Shown: in pieces, positions 29,600 to 42,900 of the stretch
How the letters are laid out: each line of letters begins with the position of its first letter
Position numbering within the stretch: position 1 is the stretch's first letter
Origin: Laetmonice hystrix
Lineage: Eukaryota
Reading direction: 5' to 3'
Assembly (NCBI GenBank): GCA_965235115.1
Contig: OZ249436.1
Location: forward strand, 37,512,001-37,576,000
Length of the DNA: 64,000 nucleotides
Notes under the pieces: model-generated
What the model saw: the letters and a program-made list of their open reading frames with translations, nothing else
Databases searched by the model: none
What the model was told of the DNA's origin: nothing
Position numbers and translations under genes: made by a program

Positions 29600-30417
29600 C
29601 TGGCCCAAGCCAGATGGCAGGGTGCTACCTACATCTCACAACTCTCTAGAAATGAGACTCTTCCATGCAGCTGGCACGGGACACGGACTAGGGGTGCAGC
29701 CTTGGCTGACTCTTTGACATACACAAACTATCACATACTCCCTCCGCGCCGCGCAACCCCTTCCCTTAGTCCCTCTGTTCTCTCCTTACCTATATTACTA
29801 CCACCGACAAGTACTTGGCATCAGTAGAAACTATCCCCCAGCACCAGTTTCATATTGATTGACCTATAAAACGGTGATCAACTCAATTACATGGAGAGGG
29901 ACAGAGTCAGGCGAGGAGAAATTAATTGCTGTTTCTCCTTCATCACGCATTTGTCAGCCATATGTCTCTTGGCCCCGTAACGGACTACATCGGTAATTTT
30001 ATCCAACAACGTTGGGGGAATAAATCAAATCGCTAATTTTTGCGACGCACCAAAATTTTCCCCATGCGCGGCACTGGATCAATAGAAAATGTCACATACA
30101 TGTATAATATTTTCATGCTCCGTAAAGGACACTTCAAGGCGAGAAGTGAGAAGCTTGTCGCCACATTCTGGATACAAATCAAGTGACACAGAGGAGTGCT
30201 ATTGACAAAACAACTGGAGTTGGTCAGAAATCAATAAAAGATCAATAACATTCATGATTGAGATGCTTGTCTGTCACTGGCCATAGTCCTACAGATCCCC
30301 GACAATTAAGATGGAATCATGAGGCGCTCATTCGTTTCACCTCACTTGCAATGTGAAATTCCATAAAGAATGACCACAGAAATATACGAAATAAAATGGG
30401 AATGAAAATTAACATAC

Positions 30418-30468
30418 CTTAAATATGAGATTGTGGGAAGTGAGCGGAGCTGGCTGCGAGCGAAGCAT
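30418..30468 (-). CDS. BNC2: Probable first coding exon of the basonuclin gene (MLRSQPAPLTSHNLIFK)
   Basis: Minus strand: ATG at 30468, 17 codons, ending AAG|GTATGT (phase 0), compatible with the phase-0 acceptor at 3574. NLIFK resembles NLLFR, which lies shortly before AIRCTL in human BNC2. Preceded by a CT-rich 5'UTR-like tract (plus-strand GA repeats ~30550-30610). Confidence 0.65.
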
Positions 30469-33400
30469 TGAGAGGGATTGGAGAGGTGGAAGTCACATGG
30501 TGCGTTGACGCAGAGCAAAGAAGTTAGGAGACAATAGGTTTGAAGTGGTGAAGAGAGAGATAGCGAGAGAGAGACAGACAGAGAGCACAGGGGAAAGAGT
30601 ATAGAGAGATCCCAGTCAGGTAGCCACAAACACAGACGCACACAGCTCTGCCTTGCATGTGGATCACAGAAGGTCCAATCTAGCGGGGCCTAGCCTGCAG
30701 ACGCATGTGCAGACAAGACGCACAGACACGTGCCGCGTTGAAAGAAGGATGGGGGTTGGAGAGACCGGGGTGGGCACAATGCTGTACCGGGCGTAAACCG
30801 CTCAGCTCACCCAGCTATGTGTGTCTGCCATGGGTTTTTGGACGGTCACAAACTGTACCTCCCCCCCCCCCCCCTAAACTAAAGATCTAAAGGGGGCAGG
30901 CAGTCGGGGGAAAAACTCAACCCGGCTTCATTGAAAGCCTTTGCGCCTCCCTCATTCCCACCTACATCAGCTGTCAGACTCTGTACACAAGACACCAGCC
31001 AATGCCAGACCAGGAATGTCACTGCCCTAAAAATAGATATCCTTGAGTATCGCAAATGTCACGAGTACTCAGGCTGTATGTGTACCTTCAAACTCAAGAT
31101 GATGTTGGGCCGTCCTGAGTCTGACGTCGCCGTCCCACTGGAGGCCTTAGTCACTGCCGCCTTCATTCTTATCTCCTGAGCAATCGTCCTTTGTAACCTT
31201 CGCTTTCGGTGACGAACACAGACTGGAGGCAGGCTGTCCTCCCCCTTACACCAAAACATCAACTACGACTTCTCCAAACCAGCTTCCAGTCATCTGGATC
31301 CATTTGATTTGCCTACCCTGTCTCAAGTCCCGACTCATATGACACAAGTTGTCATAGTTACACCCCCGGCTAAAAGAGGACCAACTGGTAATCTAAGCCT
31401 AATTAATTGAGTCCATGCCCGCTAATTGAATCACATGCTCCCTTCCTGCCTGCATGGCCACCCAGTAAAATCAATTAAACAACTATTGTGTCGGCATTCA
31501 GACTTTTCTGTGTTTATACTAATTTTAAGCACCAGAGGCTTATAGTGGTGGTGGTTCTTTGAAGCGACGTCACCAAAAGGACTCAGTGAGTGTATACTGT
31601 CATATCAGGTAGGAGGCAGGCCGGTCGGTCCCCCTGAATCCTGCAGTCCCCACAGTCCTGTCCAACCCAACCCCTCAGTACGACCACCGCCGACCGCCGC
31701 CACCGCCAACAGCACTAACGCCCCCGCCGCCTCCCGACCGACCGACCAGCATCAGAGCAGCAGCCTCCACCCCCGGCCGGGGTCCGTCAGTGAACATGAA
31801 CACGCTCGCCAAACTTACAGGGGACATCTGTGCCTAGCGCCGAGCTCAGCGACCCAACCGAGCCATCCCGACAAAACACACCATAAAGTTTGGGGTCCTA
31901 CAGGCTGACAAAAGTATTGAGCTTTACCTCTTGGATGGCGGCCATGCCTCCATAACTGGGAAGGTCGCTGGTCGTGGCTGTCATGGTGTCCTCAAAGCCG
32001 CACAGTCACAGTCACCATGTCCTCCTTGCGTTAGTGCCGCCACCAACTCTCGCTCTGTGACACCACCGCTGCCTGCTGCCCCTCAGATGTCCAATTCCTG
32101 GAAGGGCTATTTTTAGTACGGGACCAGGGTGATGCCAAGAAGCGGGTGCGTGGCGGTGGTCGTGGTGATGGAGCGGACCGTTGTGATGCAGTGCATTACC
32201 TCGCACGGCTTGGTGTCTGTGGCGGCGGCGGCTGTCTCCTGAAGCTAATTAAAAGGCCGGCCAGTTGGCTTGTATATAATGGGACGGCACCAACATCCAC
32301 ACACACACACATGCCATGCAGTATGTAAAGCCAGCAGCTGTGGGCCAGAGCTCTGATACCTCTAACGACTCACTTGTGTCACATCTGCTGCACATACGGT
32401 TTTACAGTCGACAAATTCAATTTTCACTGAGCTAGGGAAGCAAACACCCTTTCCACACTCCTGTCAAGGTATCATAGCTGCTAGTGGCTTTACCTTCATT
32501 CGTCAACTGAGATATCATCAGGATATATCATCATAGCGTTCTACATACATGTATCTCTGAGTGTCAAAGGAAATTTGACACTGCAATCCATTTAACTTCA
32601 ACAGGTGAAATGGCTGATTATAAAATAATTTTTTAAAACCTTAAGTTTTAACTAAGTCTTGAAACGACTTTTTAATCAAATCTTTCTATGACTTGACCAG
32701 TTGACAGTATATATGTACTTACTCTGGCCTTTTCACAAGTTATCAGCCTCAATGTCATCTTGATCCTACCAAGCCATGACTGGTGAAACACTCGCTGAGT
32801 GACAGTCACATTATTGGGACATCCAATGCTCAATGACAATTCAATGCTGCGTTTGATGCCATGCGATTCAAGCCCAAATAAATCAATAAAATGGCTCACC
32901 ACACAGCTATAGATACCACTGATAGGCATACGGTTATGTTAATGAGGATGTGTCACAAATATTACAGTCTCTGGGACTTTACAGCTTTGAGTACGTGTGG
33001 GGGGAAATGTCAAGTGCTTAGTCATAAAATGAACCCACAGGGCTGTGTAAAGTCGGTTCTGCTGTTGTAGACGATGCAATTTACTGTTTAATAAATTCAA
33101 ACAACCTAACAGGAGATATTGACTTTTAGTCCTAAACTGTCTAATGGATTCAGGATTATATGTCAAATATTCCCTGGGGATATTAAGGGTATAATACCGC
33201 CGGTACCTGTTTTTATTTTTATAATTAAATGTGCACCATTCAGCCATCATCAAAATAAAATCTAGACTCCAGTGGAGTGCCCTGCTGGGGGTTGATGCCC
33301 GACATCGCAGACACACATACACCCATGCTGCACCAGTGTCATTGAGCCCAGCACACCGAGGCCGTCCTGCATGGATGGTGGCTCACCGACTGCATTGATG

Positions 33401-34645
33401 TGGATTGTGATCGCACTGCACCGCCCAAGCAGGGGCGGTGACAATCATCACAATGCCAATGCTACGGGTCCCGCGCCTGCATGTGCTCGTGCTGTGGGGG
33501 CGCTCGAGTGTGGCTGGATTTCCCGGCTGATTTCCAGCACACACACCGCAATCAAATGGCCATTCCCATGACGTAACTTGGTCTCCAAGCGATCAGCATA
33601 TTTGTCATCCCGCTGCATGAGCACATCTTGTCTCAGCGACAGTACCAGGCGCCCCAGCCCCCTGTCATTGCCGAGTGGCGCTGTGCGTCACCCTGGCTTT
33701 GACACGCCCGGTGTCGGGTTGACAATGACAGTGATGCTGAGACCGAGGCCGGGGTCTGGTTCTGGGAGATGCGGTTATCCCATTCCCTCCCCTATACTGA
33801 AAACCAGAATTTAAAAGCAATGCTGATTCCTTCACTGAGGTTAACATGTTAATAAAGGTGGTGTGGTCGACACCGGGTTGTCTGGCCGGAAAGTGAACAA
33901 ACTCGGTGATTTCTGCCGGGAAATTTGAGTTCTTGAAGTCAATCGCGGCCATGTTGTGTTTGCCAGAAATGGGCTAGTACTGTAAATTACGACATGAAAC
34001 ATGTGTGCATTTGAAACCGTAAACATCGTAGTTACTACTCGTTATTGAGTTCAACTGCCAGGACTTTTGTTATTTTATACTTTGTTTTCTATATTTTTGA
34101 TATAATATGTTGACTTTGTTTATACGGCTTTGAAAGTGGGGTCAGTGCGCATGGACCCGAACGGGATACGATAAGTCGCGGAGCTTTCAAAACATTGCAG
34201 CCAGCTGAGGTTTGTTTTGACAAATTTCTCTAATTTTGGCATAGAGTGTCTGCTTTGGCATGTGTAGCACCCGTAGCAGCATCCCATAGATGACCTGGTT
34301 GTGTGTACATGTAGTTTTACGAGAATGTGAAGCGAGATTTTGTTTATTACGACTTCATGTTTCCCAGTCAGTGTTGCCACTGCCAGCCACACTCACCGAG
34401 ACAGCCACAGCAGACGAACGTGTGCAGGCATGTTGTTTTTGTGCCGAGCTAGGTATGACTGCAGAATGATACACTCAACTCATCTCAAGTCTCCGTGAAC
34501 TAGGCGAAGGCTAACTGCAATGTTTTTACAGTATAGAGATTAGAGGATATTGTATAGAGGACAGAGTAAAATGGGTTATGATGTAACGTAGGTTAGGTGC
34601 TACCAGTACAGTAGTAGTACCACTACCAGAGCAGAGAGTGTAATA

Positions 34646-35134
34646 TACCATTTTGTACCCTAACTTCGCGCATACCCTAACTTCGCGCACTTCCGTTTAT
34701 GTACATTGCAGCTGTTGCCGGGTAGATATCTTGCCTATGTCACATGAATTCTTTAGCTCTTTTTCCGACTGACAACCTCCAAACTGTCCAGAAACAAGAT
34801 TTAGTCAGCTGCTCTCAAATTTTATTCATCTCGCCCCATTGCCATCAAATCAGTCATCACAAGCTGTCTCGCCATAGGAAATTCATTGTAACGTCACAGT
34901 GCGCGAAGTTTGGGGGCACTCATAAATCTTGACACTGCAGACCCTTGACCTGCACCTTGACCTACAACCAAGGTCAACCGGATATAAACATTGCATCATC
35001 GCGATAAAACTAACAAGATTGTTGTTCATTTGATTATTTTCAACAATCAAACCACTGCTCTTGTGCAGCAAAACAGCTAGTTATTCGAGGCCTTTCCCTT
35101 AGGTGTGCGAAGTTAGGGGCCTACAGGATATAGT
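34646..35134. mobile_element. Degenerate MITE with repeated CCCTAACTTCGCGCA subterminal motifs, between the two genes
   Basis: Left end TACCATTTTGTACCCTAACTTCGCGCA with the motif in tandem; inverted copies GTGCGCGAAGTTTGGG (~34899) and GTGTGCGAAGTTAGGG (~35103). Ends approximate. Confidence 0.6.
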
Positions 35135-36086
35135 AGAGAGACTGTGACTGTGAGATGGAGAAGCAAAAGTTGACATGAAACGGCCAGCACTGGCCAATAC
35201 TGCAAAAACAACATGAGGAACAGGCTAGAACCAATTATCTGAGTAAAATATATTAGTAGGCCTATGTACGTATAATTGTAAGTTGTCGGGGGACTTTTAA
35301 TAAAAGATTTTGGGAGGCGTCAGCACTTCCAAGGCTGAAGCCAAGGCCGGCAAGGCCCAGGCTAGCCAGCGCAAGCCAAGGGCGGGCGAGCTGTACTGTA
35401 GTGAGCTGCCCACGCCAACTGGCACTACCGGCTGCTGAGCCGCTGCACACCGGGCTAACGTAGCCACGGAGGCTAGGCCAACTGTAGCGCACATGACCGG
35501 GACGGGGCTTGGCGAGGGGCCGGCCTCATGCTCGGCCGGGTGGACTGGCTTTGAATTCGGGCTAAAGAATGACACCCTTACACAGACACCCCCACATGTA
35601 CATAACGCCAGAAAGTAAATAAAAGTTTACAAAATGACTTATTTACACAATAACTGGGATTGGAATGACTCGTTAGAGTGCACAGACGGATGGTGATAGC
35701 CAAGCCCCAGCCCCAGCAGGGCAGAGGCAACGGCCAAGTCAAGGCTATAACCTTATTTTGAGGAGACCCCCGACCTAATTCATGACATAAAAATATTGCT
35801 CTCAAATGTTGAGAATATTGAAAAAACTCTGCAAGCTTGTTCGCAATGCCACTAGTTGCAATGTAGCGATGGGCATTGTTTACGTTCTCCACCTTTGGGC
35901 CCGCCAGATGGCGGGCGGGTCCATAGTTGTAACGCCAAAATCGCCGAGTGAGGTCTCTCTATTTACTACACTCTCTGGTGCTACCTAGAGTAGAGGGCGA
36001 GTGCAGCGACGGGAGACCTACAATATATACTATATAACAGTATACAATATCAGGACTGGTCACTTAGCAGCACGGACGTCGGGATA

Positions 36087-36273
36087 TTGTGGCGTCACAG
36101 TGAACAAACACTCACGCAACTGTTTGTTCACTGTGACGTCACAAATCACATACGCTCTGCAAGGGTCACGTGACCCTCCATGGATTTCTGCATGGATTTG
36201 CTCCATAGTTTTCCCGGTTCCGGTTTTACGTGATGAAATTTTTTTGTGAGATGGTATATGTCACCTTGGCTAC
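36087..36273 (+). promoter_or_regulatory. Putative CNTLN promoter region: CRE, USF/CLEAR-type E-box, ETS-like and X-box-like motifs
   Basis: TGTGACGTCACA palindrome 36132-36143; AGGGTCACGTGACCCT perfect 16-bp palindrome 36162-36177; TTCCGG; GTCACCTTGGCTAC 36260-36273; 0.6-0.8 kb upstream of the first coding exon. Confidence 0.4.
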
Positions 36274-36936
36274 CCTTTCACACGTGTTGTCATAGAGCTC
36301 GCTTCGCGATCCGCTGCGCGGCTCGCTGCGCTCGCTATTATTCACCCTGGTCCCTGACCTTATCCATGAATTTAGACTATTTAATCTAACTGAATACAAA
36401 AAAAATATGATAGCCTATCATGGTGAGTGCATCCCTGCTTGAGTTCAAATTTTGCATGCCCTGATCTTTGAAACCTGTATAATATTCTGAAGACGAGGAA
36501 CTCTTTCAGACAAAGATGGTGTTTCAACAATAATCCTAGTAATTATCCATAAATAATATCATAAAACAAAAAAGTCTTTGTCTCTTCAACAAGTTTTGTC
36601 GACCAGATAGAGTATCAGAATTATCATGAAAACAGTTGATGAATTTATGATATTTCAGCAGCCCAGTTTCCTTGGCAGACAGGGTTGTATGACTACCTCA
36701 TTTCCTGGAGGCCAGTTCATTCCTACCCTAGTTATAGATATGTTAACTGAGTGTTGGAAACAAAAACATGAATGACCAAAAAACTAAAGTAACCAGCAGT
36801 CAGTGGAACAATGGAAATGAGAAAGTATTTAATTTCAGTTGATAATTTGTTGCGTCATGGATTATATTCTACCCTAAATTTCTCCATACAGGTGAACGAG
36901 GTCAGGTACAGGTGTGTACACCTTGACACCTTCATC

Positions 36937-39900
36937 ATGACTTCCTTACCTTCTGCTGCTCATTCTCACTCTCTAGGTGAGTATTTGATAATACATTGCT
37001 CAAATTATTACTACAGATAGATGTTGGAACTTTTTAAAGTTAAGCAAAGTTTGCACCTTGCTCAAGCTAGATGACAATGCTATCTATATCTTTCCCCATA
37101 GTTGACAAATATACCTTTGAAAGTTTGATCTCGTTTGTGTTGTTTTGTGATACTCTCAGATGGAGAGATGAGTCGACTGCGTTTTGAGAATCAGACACTG
37201 GCTGAAGAACTAGCACAGTGTCAAGTAAGTACAGTTCCCTTATTTTTAATATAAATCTCTTATCGCTGCTACGGAAATAGAAATTTTAGCTTTAAATTGG
37301 CACCCCAAATTCCTCAAATACTTATCTTTGAACCCCAGGGACCCCATGTTAAAGTTTCAGGTTCGAACTAGAACTGAACTAGGATCATACATGTATAAAG
37401 TACTGATTATTTTGACAGGCTGACAAGGAGTTTGTATGGTCGCTGTGGAAACGACTCCAGGTGGCGTCACCAGATATCACTCAGGCCGTAGGCATGGTCA
37501 TTCAAAGGTGGGCTTTTGGTGTCTGTTTCCTGTTTTGAATAATGCTGAACCAATGCTCCATATTGTTCATACAGAACTGGATGATATTCTTTTAATGGCA
37601 ATCTAATTTGTAGGGACGTTTTCTTGTTGCAGAGAGAAAGACAAGGCTGAAAAGAAGGATCGGAAAGTACTCGATATTCTCACTGCCAAAGATGATAAAA
37701 TTGATGAACTTCAAAAGGTTATTGCCAGCCAGAGCCAGGAGGTGTCATTGCTATTATCAAAGTGAGGAGTTAATTAAATTCATTCTTGCCCTTTCTTGAA
37801 AGATGGCCTTCTTTTCGTAAATCATGAATCGTAATTGTAATAAGTTAGCTTTACATAGAGTATAATCAGTGTTTATTTTAGCAGTTTTGAAATTGGGGTC
37901 CCAGGGACCCCAATACCCTATGAAATTTTGGTCCCAAGTAAAATATTGGAGTCTCATGCATAATCCAAATCTTTTCAAGATGGTCTGTTGCGTGGAGGAC
38001 GCACATATACATTTGAATTTTGCGTCCCCGTTCCATATTGTGCCTAAATATGTAAATATGTCGGCAAAATGTTTAAGTTAATTGGCCAATGAAAATGCCC
38101 CAAATGGGATCCGCTGAAAGCCAAATGTTACAGTTCTGGTTACTAACTGTGGCTAAATACATATGATGTGCAACACTAATGAGGACTCCGACTTGCAAGT
38201 ATGGTAGAAGATTCTGAGAGAGACACCACCTTACTATATATAATTTAAGAAATTTATAACATAAAAAGAAATACAAGTAATGAAAGAGAATGGAAGTATA
38301 AATATTTATACACAAAATATTATGACTCTGACAGTAGCCACAAAATCGGTTTCCTTTTTTGAAATGTACAGGAGTTGAGCAGTCCAACTGATCTTTACAA
38401 TTTGAATGATTTGTATCTTGTTTATTCATCTCCATTTGATTGTAAATTTCAGAAAAATTGAAATCTCTGAAAATGTCAGTCATTTGGTAGCAGAAAATGA
38501 GGAACTGAAAGCACTACAAGCAAAGCTCCAACAACAGGTAGAGTGATTTTTCCTGTCTCCAAATTAAACTGTGCACAGGAACTTATAAGGTACTTTTAAC
38601 AAAAATGATCTTGGTTTTAAAAGTGCTGTTCTTGAAGAGTTGAGATCCTGCAAGTTTGAGCATAGATAAAAAAAAATGGTAATCTTACTCTTCAAATATT
38701 GTTTCAACTTTCAAGTTTTAATTTTGCTTTTCTAGCTTGTCGAATTTGAAGCCCGTAGCAAGGAACTAAAGGAAAAAGAAGGTAACTAATTACAATGTAC
38801 ACTTACACTAATTACACTAATTACAACTTTGGTTGTTTTATTTCAATCTGTTGGCAAAAGAAACAATTTTTCCTTGGATCCAGACTGACTGAGACGTATA
38901 ACCAATCTAACATGTCCCGTTTGTATTTTCTCTGTGCAGAGATGGCAAGAACTCTGTCCCGGAAAGAAGAAGAGATTAGTATGCTGAAGAAAGACAAAGA
39001 TGATCTTTCTGCTATTAGAGACACACAAAAACAGAGGATGCAGGTAACATTTTATAGATGATTTGAAAGAGACATACTTTAAAAACGTTTGCAATCCACA
39101 CAAAAATTGAACTATGAGAATGGAAGTATAAATATTTATACACAAAATATTATGACAATTGTGTTGGGATTAGCAGAAATTTCTAGGGATCCCGTCCATC
39201 TGTTCTGCGTAAGATAGTTTGACAACCCCACTTGCCCACGAGACGAATGACCATTCAAATTACACTCGTGGACGGGATCCCTAGAAATTTCTGCTAATCC
39301 CAACACAATTATGAATTTTATACATACATCACTTTTTTTAAAGAAATACAATGAAATTGCCAGTGTATGCGGCACAGACAAAGCAGTTACGTTTTCACTA
39401 CGTTTTCCGTGGAAAAGTTTGCCAAAACAGCTGTAAAAGGTTACCCGCTCAATGGACGAGTACTCCTGAGAGGATCCCACGACGATCCCTGATTACTTTT
39501 TACTACACTCTAAATCAGTGTGTGATTGATTACTCGATTTCCTCATTCCTATTTTGATTAAAACTTGAATATACTGGTACATATTTTAAAGGAAAAATGC
39601 TTGCGTGTGTGTTGGGAAATAGATAAATAGCTCCTATATCCGGATGTCGTACACCTTTTTTCAGGTGATGGAGGAAGATATACAGGCAGAGAGGCAAGCT
39701 AATGCCAAACTGAACATGGAGGTGAGTCTATAACCTGACCAGACACTTAATTTCACTGTACCGTCTGTGAATTTTGCCTGTATTGTACCTCGTCAGTGTC
39801 ATGTCTTCAGTAGGTTATGATATCATTTATTTTAAGACAAACTGAAAAGGAAAATACCTTATTAATAATTTACTATAAGAACTTTCTCAAGGACACAGTG

Positions 39901-42900
39901 CATGTGGCACGTTTCAATCCTACCAAATCCTAGCAAATCGTTAATGGATCTGATATAAATAACTTGTAAAGGGAGTTGCGACAATAATTTTGTTAGGCAT
40001 TGATTAGTTTCTGATTAACCAGGTTGAAAGTCCCCTTCATACATATACTACATGTATCACGTTTCTGATCTCTGTATAGAAGAAATGTAATAATACGTGG
40101 CAAGGATGCGTGTGGTCTGTCTGATGCTTTAAAAAAATCTATCAAGAAGAAAGATAATTTAGAAAAAGATACAGTTAGGAGGCTTAGAATCTTCTGATGT
40201 TTTTTTCTTTCTCTCATTTTGTATTTTCATGATATTTGTTGTTTTAGAAATTCTGTTGGCTAGTGCTCTATTCTATTGAAATATTTGATATAGCCGTACT
40301 TTTGGAAGATTAGAGCTTGTGAGCTCTGAATAAATTATCTGAATGATGCTGGCATATACTGTTAACTGATAAGAAAAAAAGGCCAGTCATTTCTGTTTTC
40401 ATGTACCAACCAGATATATATCATTTTAAAAGTTAAATGTTAGTACCTGCACCGTCATTTGATCATGTAGTAGAGGTGAATCATACAAAAGCAGCTCGAG
40501 TAAGTAAAAAGGGACATATTCCACCAGACAACTGTGTCATTTTATAAACACAGCTGTCTGAGGTAAAACGCAGTGCCAGGAAGGCAGCTGACATGGTGAA
40601 GGAGGTGGAACACAAGAGTCAGGAACTGGAAGTCGTAAGGTCAGTCAGTCTTGGATTGGGCGATGATTTTTCAATTTTTTTTTTATATCCAATGTTTCAG
40701 TGCGATTCACGTCTTTTTCTCAGCCCCAACGGTTGGGGGAACGCTGTAAATAGCGCCCCCTGGTGGATCGAAGTTGACTCTTACCTTGCCCTCTGGTGGC
40801 CAATAATTGCACATTCTGAGGAAGCATGCACCCGGCACCAGTAATATCGTCATATCAGTGTGGATTTTCTCATGGTATCTGTGTACCATTTCCCTCAGAA
40901 TATTTGTTATTTTTCTGTAAAAAGGAAAGAATTTGCTGAGTTATGGGATAACCACACACAGTTGACCGACCACACTAGCCAACAAGCTCATCTCATACAG
41001 CAGCTGCGCTCCCTGCAGGGCGACACACAGAAAAGTGAGTCACCTTCTACACCAAGACAGGAATTAATGAGAGTTTGCAAATACTTTAAAAAACCCAAAA
41101 GTAGTTATTCTTGGTATTTTATATTGAGGTCCAGTAATAAAATATGATTTACTGCAATGTTTTCCAGTTTGCATACTATTACTTAATTTCTATTTTTGTT
41201 CATGGTTTACAATGCATCCACAACCTGAAGCAGGCACACAGCCATGTTATATTGAAAAGAAAAGCCTACTCATATTGAATTTTACTTCAATAATTCTTCA
41301 AACAGTAGATGCCAAGCATGAACCTGATTGCTAGGTGTAATTATAACCTTGTTGATTAATTTAGGTTATCTTTCTTTTCTGATGATATACAGTTATAGTG
41401 CACTTCCAGTTATTTTGGTTTAATTTTTTTAGTGTTAAAAAATCAGGAAGATGCGTTCACAATGGAGTCATCTTCCATAAAGGCTGTAAGTACTCTAAGA
41501 ATTTTTATTTACGATTTGGTTTAAGTAATTCAACTGCGATTCAATCGTTAATTACAGGCTACGATTTACTATTGAGATGTTCTTTCTCTAAAATATAGCT
41601 GTATGAAGATTTGAAGACTCAGTATTCATTAAAGCTCAGTTCTGACAAGACAATGAGGGCGGAGTTACTGTGCTATAAACAGGTGAGAAACTTGTACATG
41701 CTGATTAATTGAAAGAAAACAGAAGTCGGCTCTAATTTATATGGTCATTCTTCTCTGCGGGTGAAGCTGTACCTTTCTACTTCTAGTAGTCACTTGGATT
41801 ATGGAATGTAGTGTCTGCTACAGTAAAACCTAAATTTTCCTGTTTCATTCCTCTGTTTCTTAGCAACTACTGGAACAGGACACACTTATAGCTGACCTCC
41901 AGAGGCAACTTCAGGAAGGACATAACAGAAGTGTATCAACTCAAGCAACTTTAGAGGACAACAAGGTAGGATGAAATGAAAAAAAGCTTGTAATTAACGA
42001 TGGAAATTTTCCCCCTAACATACATCTGTAATACCGTCATACATATAGTAATGTATGTACAGCCCGCCCCCCCCCCCCCCCAAAAAAAAAGAGAATCCAT
42101 GAGAGGAGCAGGATTATGGTATATTTTGTTAATAAATATGTCGTTTATTTGCCACCACCATTTCAGGAGGTACAAACCCTAGACCCTGAAACCCAGATTG
42201 AGTATCGTCTACACAGTATGCAGTCAGAGATCGACACACTCAAAGACAAACTAAAACAGAAAGACAAGTAGGTGGCGGCACCTTCATCTTTAAAGTACTC
42301 CTAGCCAAAATCCACATGACATTAAAGATTTTAAATAAATTAAATCCTTTCATACAATATTTTTATTGAGACAGTTATGTATTCTATTGAATATTCTGTC
42401 ATTACTGATGTTGCAACATCTTTGTTGTTACCTTCCTAGGTTTATTCACACGGTTGAGGAGCCTCCGAGTCCAAGGAGGTCACCTCTCCCACAACCAATG
42501 GACACCAGTACACCGGGCCGTGAGCGACGTCGCCGTGCTCACTCCTCGTCACCAGAACGCACCGGTGACAAACAGGCACTACGCAAACGTTTGAAATACA
42601 CTGAACAGAAGCTGGAGGATACTGAAACTCTTCTTAAACACAAGGTAAAGTCAGGAAAATGGTTTAGAAAATTTCTTGTGATTTTTATAGTTGAAGCCTA
42701 TTTACATGCTATTTTAATTGACTCGTAGTGGTTCAGTAATTTGTCATTCCACTCATTTTAATTAAAGAAGGCCATCATTTGGTGACATGTGGTTTTCTAG
42801 AATTTCCGTACCCATTTCTTTACAATACATGTACCTTCAAATTAAAGGGGAAAAGAAAATGTTGAAAAGCAAAGATACTGCTGGTAAAAATGTTTCTTGT

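Larger units (their letters stand above)
3575..30417 (-). other. ~26.8-kb intron of the basonuclin gene (putative regulatory landscape)
   Basis: Bounded by the GTATGT donor (30412-30417) and CAG acceptor (3575-3577). No convincing coding ORF inside; many TAAT, TGACAG, ACAAT and X-box-like motifs and GC-rich patches. Extra small exons cannot be excluded. Confidence 0.6.

Noticed and set aside
29495..29827. Poly-Ala ORF
   Set aside because: Non-ATG start, repeat-driven, no convincing exon structure, antisense within the BNC intron.
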